From contig KZ538291.1 of assembly GCA_000934665.2 (NCBI GenBank), positions 1 through 64,000 of the forward strand: a stretch of DNA of 64,000 nt. Direction: 5' to 3'. Source of the stretch: Catajapyx aquilonaris. Lineage: Eukaryota. This document shows, in pieces, positions 26,139 to 38,203 of the stretch. The position numbers and the translations under genes are program-made. The notes under the pieces were generated by a model. That model worked only from the letters and a program-made list of their open reading frames with translations, did not search any database and was not told the DNA's origin. Every line of letters begins with the position of its first letter. The stretch's first letter is position 1.

Positions 26139-27074
26139 AGTAGTCAATATTCGTTCGTACAATAGATCGATTAGTTGATTAAAGTGACCTTGAAACTATC
26201 CAATCAGATGCCCCAATTCTGTCTCCCTCAGGCACAACAATAACGTCAGAACCTGCCGATACCTTCAACTTGATCCAACAATCTATCCCTGGTGCCTTTG
26301 ACATGTATTCTCTTCCTCTTAACCCTTAACGACATCCTAAAAATCCATAACTTCAACAATCGATCCCTTCAAGCCATGTGCGAATAGCAACAAGGGAGCG
26401 GCTTCTATTTTGCAAAAGTAGAGTTAATTAGAGACAATGGCTTGGGACGGCTCCCTTTAGGCCAAAATGTAATAGACAAAGTTGAGGACAAAGGTTGAGC
26501 GCAATTGGCCTAGTACATAGGCCTCAAAAGTTGTTTTTTTTGGAGGGTAGGGACGAACCAAGTGGACCCAACTCTTCAAGCGTCCTTTGGGAGATCTGGA
26601 GCCTCAGAAACGTGATCACGGTTCTAAACCAACCGTTTTTTTTGTGTGAGGTTTTTGTACCGTCTCTATAAGGATACGGGGCAGAAAAATCCGGGAGGGG
26701 TAGAAGAGAAGACACCGAAGTGGAAAGGCGATACGTCTTCATACTTAGTGGCCATTGACAAGCCTATTTGCAGGAGGAAAAGGGTTCCATGGTATTTCAT
26801 TTGCTTGCTGTCGGATCTGTGTCCTCGAGGTGGAGCGGGGAGGTTGAGCTATAGGTGGGAGGGGATGGGGGGAGGAGGAAATTACCTGTAAGGATAGTGG
26901 TGTCGACTTGCCAACGAGGTCTTACGAGCTGTCTTTAGGACATTTAGGTTGGGCTTATTAGATCATGGCCTTACCTGCAAGAGAGCTGATGTTGTTCACA
27001 AACACTATAATTATTGAGAATATACAGTTGAATCCGGATATAACAGGCTTCAAGGGGTAGCTGAAAGTGGTCTA

Positions 27075-27610
27075 ACCGAGGGATGTTATAACCGAGGGGT
27101 GTTATAACCGAGGCATATTATAACCGAGGGATGTTATAACCGAGGTTTCCAGATTACCTTATGATTACCATGATTACCTACATACAGTAGTAGCGTGAAT
27201 TTTCGGAGTCCCACGCCATTTCGGATATAGTAGACCTTTTACGGGCACACTTCGGATGTAGTAGACCAGAGTTTCACGCCAGATGATCCCTGACGTTATT
27301 TTAACGACTTTTAACGTCAATTTGATGCCAAATTGTCGTCTCAACGGTGCAATAGTCGTTACAATATTCTTAACGTGAATAAATTGACGTTAAAAGTCGT
27401 TAAATTGACGGATAAGTCGTTAAAATAACGTCAGGGATCATCTGGCGTGGGACTCTAGTTAACTATATCCGAAGTGTGACAGTAAAAAGGTCTAATATAT
27501 CCGAAGTGGCGTGGTACTCCGAAAATTCACACTACTTATGATTTCTACATGATTAGCAGGATTACCAAACGAACTATACACCATATTACAAGAGTTGCTA
27601 ACCCCTCGGC
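27075..27610. mobile_element. Host element with CGAGGGG.../...CCCCTCG ends and gattacc repeats (related to 48333-48688)
   Basis: gttataaccgaggg units, tgattacc repeats on both sides of the nested foldback, end aacccctcgg followed by ctaac repeats. Confidence 0.45.
27189..27536. mobile_element. Foldback MITE with ~120-bp inverted arms
   Basis: agtagcgtgaattttcggagtcccacgcca...gatccctgacgttattttaacgac is mirrored by gtcgttaaaataacgtcagggatc...ctccgaaaattcacactact. Confidence 0.9.
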
Positions 27611-29889
27611 TAATCCTAACCTAACCTAACATCTGCTAATTTACTGCAGTTACAGTCCGTTAAGCCAAAGAACGATATGACGTCACGATCAGCACTGCCT
27701 CCACCCGGCTCTTCCTCCCATCACGTCCTGAATCACTCCGCTGCGCATGCTCAGAAAACAAGACCTATGTGACGTCAGACGATTCTCTCTTTTAAAGGAC
27801 TCTATATCGGAGCAATTCCATGACAGTTCGCCCAAGAAATGTCACCCTACATATTCAAATTTTCACAAATTTTGGCCCATGTGTTAAGATTGATATCACC
27901 AGTACGTAGGAATATTTTCACGTAGCAGAGGTCAATAGGTCAGGAGAAAAATAATTGAAACAAACAATGCACATTTTACAACATATTGGCTTATATCTTC
28001 AGAACTATACATGCTAGGAGTATGACCAATATGTCATTTGATTCAGTACATTGTGTAGAATCTAACAAACACCTTTATCGATTTTAATAGTGTAAACTAC
28101 ACACAGAAATTGGGAGGTCAGTGTAACGAATGTGAGAAATCTGAGAAAACTTCTCGGTACAGTACACGGTTGATCTCAACTTTTGATTCAGTACATCCAA
28201 TGACAGCCTGAAGATTAGGATGCATGACGAATTCAGACAGCATAGGTCCCATCAGGAGTCGGGGAGCCCATCTGTGCGTGCAATTTGAGTCGAGGCTTCC
28301 CAGGCAATGTTGCATATAGGAAAAGTAAATGAGTCGGGTAGAGGTGCTCCATTTTGTGCCTCTCCTCCCTCAGCTTCCCTGCTCTACACCCCTCCAGGCC
28401 TTTTGGTCTCTCTAAGGCCCCATCCCACAACTCATTTCCCTTCCGGGGGAACAAGTCCAATTAAACTCCTGGGTCCCAGTTTCCAATTCCAATCCCTGCA
28501 GAGTGGTGATTTGGGGAGGAAAAGGGGGTGAATTTGAGACTTTCTTGCTTCAAATTGATCCTTGGGATTGAAAGGAATAAACAAAAGGCGCTCGTTGGAT
28601 TGTGTGTGAGGCTGGTCAGAACACTTGTTCTTTGGAGGGGGTTCAAACTGGCTGGAAAAAAATCCGGGTTGACTGGCTGGTCATTAACAAAGTTTGAGTA
28701 GGATCTGTCATATTTGAATCATAGAATCATCTATTAAGTGACAATATGGATTTGTATCATGAAAATAATATGTTGAGCCTCATTATTCATGGTTGAATCA
28801 CGGAATCGTAATTAAAATCAGGATTTAAATATGAATCACTGTTCAAATTAATTAATCAGAGGATTCAACGAATATGAAGCAAACTCATGGTTCTGACCAA
28901 TCTCAAAGCGCATCGATTGTTTCAAACCCAGCCAATCATGTTTGAGGCCCATTCATTAACAAACCTCCCCTGTGTGCACAGGGTGTTCGCAAATTTTTCG
29001 TGTCAATTCCCACCTTTCCCCCGAGCCTGATTGGACGAATGGCACCAAGTGTATTAACACATCAAAGCGGGCTTGATTTTGTCAAATACTCTCTTTTTTT
29101 GTTATTCCAGCAGTTATTAGCTTTTTTTTCACCATCTCTCCAACCCCCAACCACCCAACAATACTAATTGTGACGTCGATTTCTACGTTTGCATTTCATT
29201 AGATCACCTTTGTTTGAAGCCAGTTGGGGTAATCAAAAATTTAGCCCGGTCCTTGATCCGCATAATCCCGAATGAAACGAACAATCAAAAAATTTTGCCA
29301 ACAATTGAAATTCTCCTCGCCTCTTGAAAATAGCTCATTAAAAATGCAATATAACTCATTGGCATTGCGCAAAAAATTTTGCACAAAGAAAAAAAAAACG
29401 CTTTTTGGATCAGCCGAGTGTAAATTGCTCTTAGGGCGTCTAGTGTAATTAGTTGATTCAAATGATCGTGTGTTTTTTTCATTACAATCACCCGGACATT
29501 GACAATTCCTTACTCGACTTAACACTATTTTTGTTCCCAAAGGTTTTTCATGCAAGTGCGAAAACTACACATGACAGAGTCCATTGATTGGTCCGTAGGG
29601 GGAAACTAGGGAGAGAGAGAGGAAATTATTGAGAAAGAAGGAAAATTGTATAACTGGAATTGGTCGAATGAAAAATGGTGACGTTGATGTACTGCTTGCT
29701 CCCCTAGGATTTTCATTTCAGAATAAGAATAGGAAATATTTTTTTAGGTGATATATCTATTGGCTATTCGTAGTGATTCATTGTCTGGGAATATATTGGG
29801 GATATTGGGTGAGCGCAAGGTTTGTCGGTAGTATTGGATAAGAAGGATGGTATCGAGCGAGACTAGGTTCATGTACCTGATGTGAATGG

Positions 29890-31020
29890 AAATGACTGAT
29901 TGAAATGACTCAAGTGACTTGATCATTAAAATGACAAAAATCACTTGATGATTAAAATGAAAGTGACTTGATGATTAAAATGACTACAATCACTTGATTG
30001 TTGTGATTAAAATTGACTGATTGAAGTCACTAAATGAATTGATTGAAAATTGAAATGACTGAAGGTGAATTTATTTAATTGACTTGATTGAAATGACTAA
30101 AAGTGACTTAATCATTGAAATGACTAAAAGTGACTTAATCATTGTAATGACTAAAAGTGACTTAATCATTGAAATGACTAAAAGTGACTTAATCATTGAA
30201 ATGACTAAAATCACTTGATTGTTGTGATTAAAATTGACTGATAGAAGTCACTAAATGAATTGATTGAAAATTGAAATGACTGAAGGTGAATTTATTTAAT
30301 TGACTTTATTGAAAGGACTAAAAGTGACTTAATCATTGAAATGACTAAAAGTGACTTAATCATTGAAATGACTAAAATCACTTGATATTTTTGATTCAAA
30401 GTTACTTGACTGAAGTGACTAAAAGTGACACATCGAAGTTAGTAAATTAATACATGATGATTGAATTGACTGAAATTGACTTGATGATTAAAATGAAAGT
30501 GACTGCTGGATGATGTAAATGACCAAAATCACTTGATTGTTGTGATTAAAAGTGACGGATTGAAGCCTCTAAAAGTGACGGATTGAAGCCTCTAAAAGTG
30601 ACGGATTGAAGCCTCTAAAAGTGACAGATTGAAGTCACTAAAATGAATTGATTGAAATGACTGAAGGTGAATTTATTTAGCAGATTTGATGATTGAAATG
30701 ACTAAAAGTGACTTGATCATTAAAATGATTAAAATCACGTGATCTTTGTGATTAAAGTGACTAACAGTGACTTGATTGATGTGATTGAAAATGACTTGAC
30801 TGAAGTGATTGAAAATGACTTGACTGAAGTGATTGAAAATGACTTGACTGAAGTGATTGAAAATGACAGATTGAAGTTAGTAAATGACTTGATGATTGAA
30901 ATGACGGAAATGAGTGAAGTTGAATTTATTTAACTAACCTGATGATTGAAATGACGGAAATGAGTGAAGTTGAATTTATTTAACTAACCTGATGATTGAA
31001 TGGACTACAAGTGACTGCAA
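29890..31020. repeat. Complex satellite of tgactaaaagtgacttaatcattgaaa-type units
   Basis: Nested 21-27-bp units plus longer duplicated blocks. Confidence 0.85.
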
Positions 31021-31936
31021 GATAAAGGAAAACCGACTGATAGAAAATCACTTACCAGTCAACTTGAGTCACCCGAACACCTCAGAGTCTATAGTGTCTC
31101 TCGCGTGTGTTCTGAACCCTTCGGTCTCCTTTAGGGCCATGAATTTGTAGTCACCTAAAGTGCGACTGGGAAGCAAAAATGAGGTCGATGTGCTCGGAAT
31201 AGGTGTTTGCCATTGCCCTTCTCTGCCTTTCGCATCCCGACGAAGAAGAACCTCGAGGGAGCCATGAATACAAACGCTTAAATGAACTTGAGCTCCTTGG
31301 GTAGGTGTAGGCGAATGGGAAATAAAGGCTTGGAAGAGGAGGGTTGATTCTCTCTCTCTCTACCTTTTTCTGGGAAAGAGACTTTCCGACGGTCCTCTAA
31401 GTCTCTTTGCCAAAGAGAAAAAAACTGGTCTACTTTCTGCACAAGTTGTCGCGGCAATTGGCATGGGAATTACCTCGACGTGCATTATTCATTGTCTTTT
31501 CCTTTTCGCATAGTCAAGACGCGTAACTCCGTGTTCTTATCTCTACATAAATCGGAAAAAGGACTTTGATAAAAAATTTATCAGGACTCCCCCCTCCTTA
31601 AATTTAACCCTGACCTTTATATTAAGAAACATGTATCATAAACCGGGCGATTAACTGGACTTTAACTGCTCGTTATCACGCATCATGTGCACATACCTAG
31701 AGGGGGTGGAGTGGGAAGGAATGTAGATCCAAGGATAGTGTACTAACCTTTTGGCAAAAGATATAACTCAAGTACTTCAAGGCTGACCTCGAGGAAGCGA
31801 GCATTAATTAATTAGCTTTCATCATGTATAAGTTTGAACCAGAGTTCAACTCATCCGGATGAAAGATGGCGTGACAAACAGGCGTTTTTGGAGCTCATTT
31901 TAAAGTTTGTAGTCTTGTCTGGTATATCCGGATCTG

Positions 31937-32110
31937 ACTGGATCAAACCAGTTCGTCTGGAATTATCTGGATTAAACCAGTTTGGCCTAGAGCCATCTGG
32001 ATTAAACCAGTTCACCCTGGAGCCATCTAGATTAAACCAGTTCGGCCTGGAGCCATCTGGATTAAACCAGTTAGTTCGGGAGCCATCTGGATTAAACCAG
32101 TTCATTCCGG
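31937..32110. repeat. 30-bp minisatellite (ctggattaaaccagttcggcctggagccat)n
   Basis: About 6 units; explains the repetitive ORFs on both strands. Confidence 0.9.
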
Positions 32111-34764
32111 ATTCAGCTGGATCGAACCTATTCCGGGGAATAAACGATGTAAACAGACTAGTCCGTTCCTCTTCGGGGATTTTGAACCGTTTTGTGCCCC
32201 TCTTTCCCTGGCCCATTTGAAACGTGCCTAGTCCAGGAGTGATAAATTGTTTCAGCGTCACATCCAGCCTCTTTCCCCTTAAGAACGGCCAATCCCCTGG
32301 AAAGCACTGGGATATGAAAATGGTCATTAAATGTCATTAGAGAGTGACGCGCATCAGACTGGGTGGAATGGACCAGGGATTTCACTTGGAAGGGGGGGGG
32401 GGAAATCTATTGAATGTAGTTATATATAGTGTTTCGTACCCATTTTGAGTCCATTTTGTCAGCAACTAGGTCTGCACAAAAATGATCAGAACTTTTTGTT
32501 TAGAAGTTTTGTAATGTACATACCCATCTGCCTTACAACATTGTACGAAAAATACGACAAGAGTGATATTACCATGAATAATCCATTACGTCCGCTGCGT
32601 TCCTGGTTTCCAAAACAGGCAGTACGGGCCAAGTACAGTAAATATGTAAAGAGGACAATAAGAAGAGGGGGGTTTGTGATATAAGACCATGGGGGTCCAT
32701 TCACATCAAGAGGGAATGTTTGGTCCCTCCTCTGCCTCTTCCAGAAAGTTGACGTTAGAAATGCTGTTATGGGCATAATTTTTGGAAGTTTGCCTCTTCC
32801 AGGTCCTAACTTACGGGGGATGGGTCTAGCATAGAGATAGAGCTGGAAAAGTAGAGAAAATCTAAGGGAGAGTGGGTGTGCATAGGATAATCGTAACTAA
32901 CGAAATTGATGCCAAATGTGCGGATTTGCTCTAGTCTAAGTAGTTTCCATAGACTGATCTATAGGATGGAAATTGTCAGAACTATCGTCGTGATGGGGAG
33001 AATTGAGGATGACAAGTGACAGATGATAACCAACCACCAGTGAAAAAAATGTTATCCTTTTGCGACAGAGTTTGATAGAAGAAGAAAAAAAGAGAATTTT
33101 CTTAAGATTTCGACCTGACTTTTTCCCCGTCTTAAGAATGGCGAGGCGTTTTCAACATTTAATTTGGCAAGCCGTGAAGCGAAACTTTCATCACTTCTTG
33201 CTTGGAAGTAGACGTTTAATTAACTTGCAAGTATTGTTCGGGCCAACTCAGGCGCAATAAAAGCATAACTAGAATCCAACGTTATTGCATTTACAGGGGT
33301 TTTTTTTCGTTCTTTTTCTTTCCTGCAAACACTTTTTCTCGGACAAACTCAAATATTAGGGAAGAAAAGAAGGAACAATAGGTGTCGGCTGAATAATTTG
33401 GGTGGTGTGTAATTAGTTTCGGCTAAAACCTGCTGTTCATATTTGAGCTGAATTGTGCAATTAAAACTGGGTTTTGAAGACTTGATTTTTTTTATACAAA
33501 ATGCAGTGAAAATGTGGGCTTTAGTGGCCAGAATTGCTGAGTCCTACAGTAATATTTGACACCAATGATAATTTTTTTAAATAGTTTGAAATAGTGTATC
33601 AGACACATGTCACAAAAGGGTCTCCTAAAGGCCTACCAAAATATGATGCATTCGGCCATTGTGCCCACGACAGTGCTCCCCAGATTTTGAGACCATTCCT
33701 CAGGAGGCCACTTTCAAGAGTCGACTCTTCTTCCCACGGCTCCATGGGAAATGAGAAGACCTTCAGACATAAATTGAAGACTCTAATTGCATTAGAAAAA
33801 AAAGACGAAGAAGAAGAAGAAGAAGAAGAAGGAGTGTAGGGAAAAGGGGTGGAAGTGGATGCTCTTAGCGTCGAGAGGTCGATTGTCTCCTCACTTCTTT
33901 ACTGCCTTCTAGATGGCCCTGGCTCCAAAAAGTGCCTTACACTTCTTTGGAGAAGCCCAAAAACCCCCCTCTCTCTCTCCCCCACTTTCTATTACTATTT
34001 TTTCTACTTCTTCTTCTTTTCTTTTCCATACCACTTGAGACAGATGTTGAAACAGCGCCATTCCTCACGAGCGACACTAATTTGATCCCTGGCAACTAAT
34101 CAAATCAAAGTTTTCCGTTTCATTACACTGATTGCCAGAAATCCTTTTTGCGCAATATGCGTGGGGGGGCCTCGTAACTCATTTTCATTCCACCCCTTCA
34201 TCTATTCCAAGTTTTCATAATGCGAAACCCCCTCCATATACGCATGGGGTAACCCCCTTTCATTGTTAGGGGGGGGGAAGGCAGAGTGGAGAAATTTCCC
34301 GAATCAAATTGAGAGGATTAATTCTTGAGGGTTTTCTCATCTGTGGAACGACTAGGCAAAAGGGGACGGTAATGAAAACATGGAAGTGTAATGTGCAGTA
34401 ATAATTTTTAATTATAAGAGAGATGCTTGGATAAATGATAAAATGATGATGTCAAGGTTATAAGAATGTATTTGTTAAATTCATGACGTTAATAATCCAG
34501 ATAAGGCAAGGACTTTGTTAATATCTTTTTCTATAAGTTATACAATACGTATAATTATGGTCCATTTATTTATGATTCCGTATTTGTTTATTGTTATAGT
34601 TATTATATTAGTTTCTTCTCTATTATTTACTCTATTATTAGTTTCCTCTGTATTATTTACTCTATTATTAGTTTCCTCTGTATTATTTACTCAATTATTA
34701 GTTTCCTCTGTATTATTTTACTCTATTATGTATTTGTTTACTTTATATTATGATTTGCTCTGGA

Positions 34765-34945
34765 TTATTTATTTATTTAGCTTTTTTAAAAAATACCTCT
34801 TAAGGGAAGGGGAGGTTCCCAAGGGAAGGCGCTGTAATTATAGTCATTTCTGACTTTGTGAAATACACCAGACCTTTTCTCCTATCCCTGGGAAGAGTAG
34901 GGAGTGCAATTCTGCTCCGGCATGTCGGGTGAAAAGCGGAAATAT
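34765..34945 (-). mobile_element. 5'-truncated copy of SINE family A
   Basis: Reverse complement matches 37445-37590 (ccgcttttcacccgacatgccg..gaattgcact..aaagtcagaaatgactat..ttgggaacctccccttc). Confidence 0.85.
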
Positions 34946-36144
34946 TTTGCTTATTTAAATATTAATTTTCTGAATATTTGATTCAATCGGATGTCATTTA
35001 ATTAAATTTATGAAGCTATTTATGCATCTAATCTCAATAAAACTTATCTATCACTTGTATGAGTTACGCTGTGATGATACTATTCAGCCGATTCAATAGC
35101 AGTGACGTTATAACAAGCGTCAATGGCCCAACAATTAACTAGATGTGACACAAGTGCTATGAAACATAACTTGATTTTTTTTCTCAATATTTTGAATTCG
35201 TATCCCCTTTTTTGCTACGATCTTCAACATTTCTCTCGCTAATTGCGACGAATATATTCCGGTTGAGAGATATACACAAGACGCTGGCTAGGATCAAAAG
35301 AAGGTTTACATCAAAACCCAGCTGGCCGATTTTCTGCGGAAAACTGGAAGCCAGCTGTGGAGAAAAAAAGAAGCCCCAATTTTTCTTTTTCCTACTTTTC
35401 TTCCCCCAAAAAATTTCTTTACCCTTGCCCTATACCTATCCTTGAGTTCTGAAGGGGGAGATATTCCCACTCGCTCAGGCGAGAGAATTTGATACAAAAA
35501 TCATTACCAGGGGAAAAAAAGGCACGTTTTCCTATCTTATACCATCTGCAGATGGTATAACGTGGAGGGCCAAGAGGGTTTCTGATTTATATTACATGTC
35601 CTGGACGTGCAGAATGGAAATTTTATTCCATTCACAGAGGTTGTTGGAGAGGATCAAAACTGCGCTTGCAGTGAAATGAAAACTGCATTCCCTGCACATA
35701 GGACCTCTGGTGTCAACACGTGCTGGGCCATGGAAAAATATTAAATATTAAATTCTATTTGTATAACCATATCCCTCAGTATGGTTCGCCATTTGGTCCG
35801 ATATAAAACGCGACGGGAATTGAATATGAAGGGTGGTGGTGGGCTACCCTTTGTGTGGATTGGTTGGTTCAAACACTGAAAGAGTGTTTGCATCGATATT
35901 TTCTTTGATAACATGATTTACTCGCTTTTATCCGCGGTTAAACGTTCAATGACGAGCCTGAATAGGGTTGGTGAATTGGATGTTCCTTTCAATTTGGGCT
36001 CAATCAACGCATATTAATAATAAATAACTAAACAAACAAAGAAACAAATAAATATGATATGTAATTGACAAAGTTTGTCGATATATGTAAATAAATAAAT
36101 GAATGAATGAATGAATAAACAAAATAATAATCAAAAAATTCTAA

Positions 36145-36508
36145 CATGTTCACCATTCAAATGTTCAAAATCACCTTCACCATCCATGTTCACCTTCACC
36201 ATATTCATCACCTTCACCTTCACCATCCATGTTCACCTTCACCTTCACCATATTCATCACCTTCACCATCCATGTTCACCTTCACCATATTCATCACCTT
36301 CACCATGTTCACCTTCACCTTCACCATATTCATCACCTTCATCATGTTCACCTTCACCTTCACCATCCGTGTTCACCTTCACCATGTTCACCTTCACCTT
36401 CACCATCCGTGTTCACCTTCACCTTCACCATCCGTGTTCACCTTCACCTTCACCATCCGTGTTCACCTTCACCTTCACCATATTCATCACCTTCACGGCT
36501 TCACCATC
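36145..36508. repeat. Simple repeat (ttcacc)n / ccatgttcaccttcac
   Basis: Low-complexity tandem tract that produces the His-rich and FTFT ORFs. Confidence 0.95.
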
Positions 36509-37349
36509 GATCTGATACCATCGATTTGGCTACTAAACAGTCCTATATATCCCCCTTTAGGTATATTGTTCCAACTCAACCCCTAACAAAGACCGGTTGT
36601 AAGTTATTACTGGAGTGCAAAAGTCCAGGCGACGTGACTCGGTCAAAATGTGTCCCCAGAGATGACAGTCAATGGGTAAACTTGGTGAAGAAAATTGCTG
36701 AGCAGAGGTCCTCCAGCTTCTGAACAACCAGAGAGAAGGAAGAAGCGTTTTTTCCTCAACAACAAAGAGCTAGAAAAAAATATATATATTGTTGGAAGTG
36801 GCGAGAGGTTTGTGTAGGAACTGAATGGAAAACTTGGGGGGGTTTCCTCGGAATGAGTCCCAGGGCGGAGGTGAGGGCGGCCCCCTCCTAAAGTCATCAT
36901 TCTATAGCCGGATAATAGGATTTGTTTAGGTGGTATTATGCTGCATCAGGTGGGAAGAGCAGAGTGCAAAGGATAGGGGGACATCATTTTGCTGGAGGAT
37001 TGGGGTTGTTGGCCGTAGTAGAAAGCTGCATGGTCAGCCGGGCCTAGTTAGGAAGGGTTACGAGATTACCCTCATGGAGGCGCGCGAGTATTAGCATTTG
37101 GCCGTAGTGGTGGCGCACCTAGTTATTAAGTTAATTCCGCTTTCTCCACATTCTTAATCGAATTTGATTCACTTTTAATTGTATCTTCGCTCAAATAATT
37201 TTGGCTAAATTAATGTCAATTTTAATAAATTTCAATTAATAGAGACAATGTTTAATGGGTACATTTTTTTCATTTTGCTGCGTTACATGTATTTTAAATT
37301 GTGCATTAAAGTTTGTACGCTAAATTACATTTTAATATTACATTACATT

Positions 37350-37644
37350 GGGAGGCATGGTCGTCTGGTGGTTACCCCACTGGCCAGCCAAGCGGGAGGC
37401 CGGGGTTCAAATCCCGTCCCCGTCACCTCTGCTTGGCCGGGTATTTTTTCCGCTTTTCACCCGACATGCCGACGCCGAATTGCACTTCCTACTCTGCCCA
37501 GGGCCAGGAGAAAAGGCCAGGTGTATTTCAGAAAGTCAGAAATGACTATATAATTACAGCGGCCTGACTTGGGAACCTCCCCTTCTACCCTAAAAGGGCT
37601 CAGCCATATCACGAGGTAAATTTAATAAGTAAATAAATAAATAA
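37350..37644 (+). mobile_element. Full-length tRNA-derived SINE, family A
   Basis: A box tggtcgtctggtgg, B box ggttcaaatccc, (taaa)n tail, 16-bp TSD aatattacatt(a/g)catt at 37334-37349 and 37645-37660; further copies at 34765 and 45924. Confidence 0.92.
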
Positions 37645-37857
37645 AATATTACATTGCATTTTAATACGTTAAATTACACTTAATACGTTGAACGACATTA
37701 TTTTGAACGTGAAATTGCATTATTTTGATAGTGAAATTACATTTTCATATGTTAAATTACATTTTCATGCCTTAAATTACATGATTTCATACGTTAAATC
37801 ATAGTTTTGTTAACTTTGATTTTTTTATTTGTTACATTGTATTTTATATGGAATATA

Positions 37858-38203
37858 TATATATATTTTTTTTTTCATTACCCCACGGGGGGAGTTACAT
37901 ACTCCTTAGGGGGGATGGGTTACCACCTTTGGAAATTTGTGTTGGAGCGGGTTTAAGAATAATCTTAATTAGTATGCTCCAAGGGTGGGTGGGAGGGGAT
38001 GTGCAAAGTGCAAGTGCAATGTCTCTAATCGTCATTTTGTGAACTCCCCCGGGTGGCTTAGTCTGTCGGAAATTGCCACCCGAAACGAAGCCAGAGATGG
38101 CCCAACTCTGCACGAAAGAAGGTGGGAACCCCGGGTGGGGATTGAACCCGGGACCTTAACTTCCGTGGGCGCGCGCGTTACCGCGGCGCCACTCCGTCTC
38201 CCC
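37858..38203 (-). mobile_element. Full-length tRNA-derived SINE, family B
   Basis: Minus strand: A box tggcgccgcgg, B box ggttcaatccc, poly(A) tail; perfect 17-bp TSD attttatatggaatata at 37841-37857 and 38204-38220. Confidence 0.92.

Noticed and set aside
31834..32327. Repeat protein (NWFNPDGSR)n
   Set aside because: 30-bp minisatellite open on both strands, with no splice signals or homology
36111..36723. His-rich and Ser/Pro-rich ORFs
   Set aside because: Translations of a (ttcacc)n simple repeat
37350..37430. tRNA genes at the SINE heads (also 38130-38203 and 43112-43190)
   Set aside because: A and B boxes are present, but I could not build a clean cloverleaf, and they continue into SINE bodies with tails and TSDs
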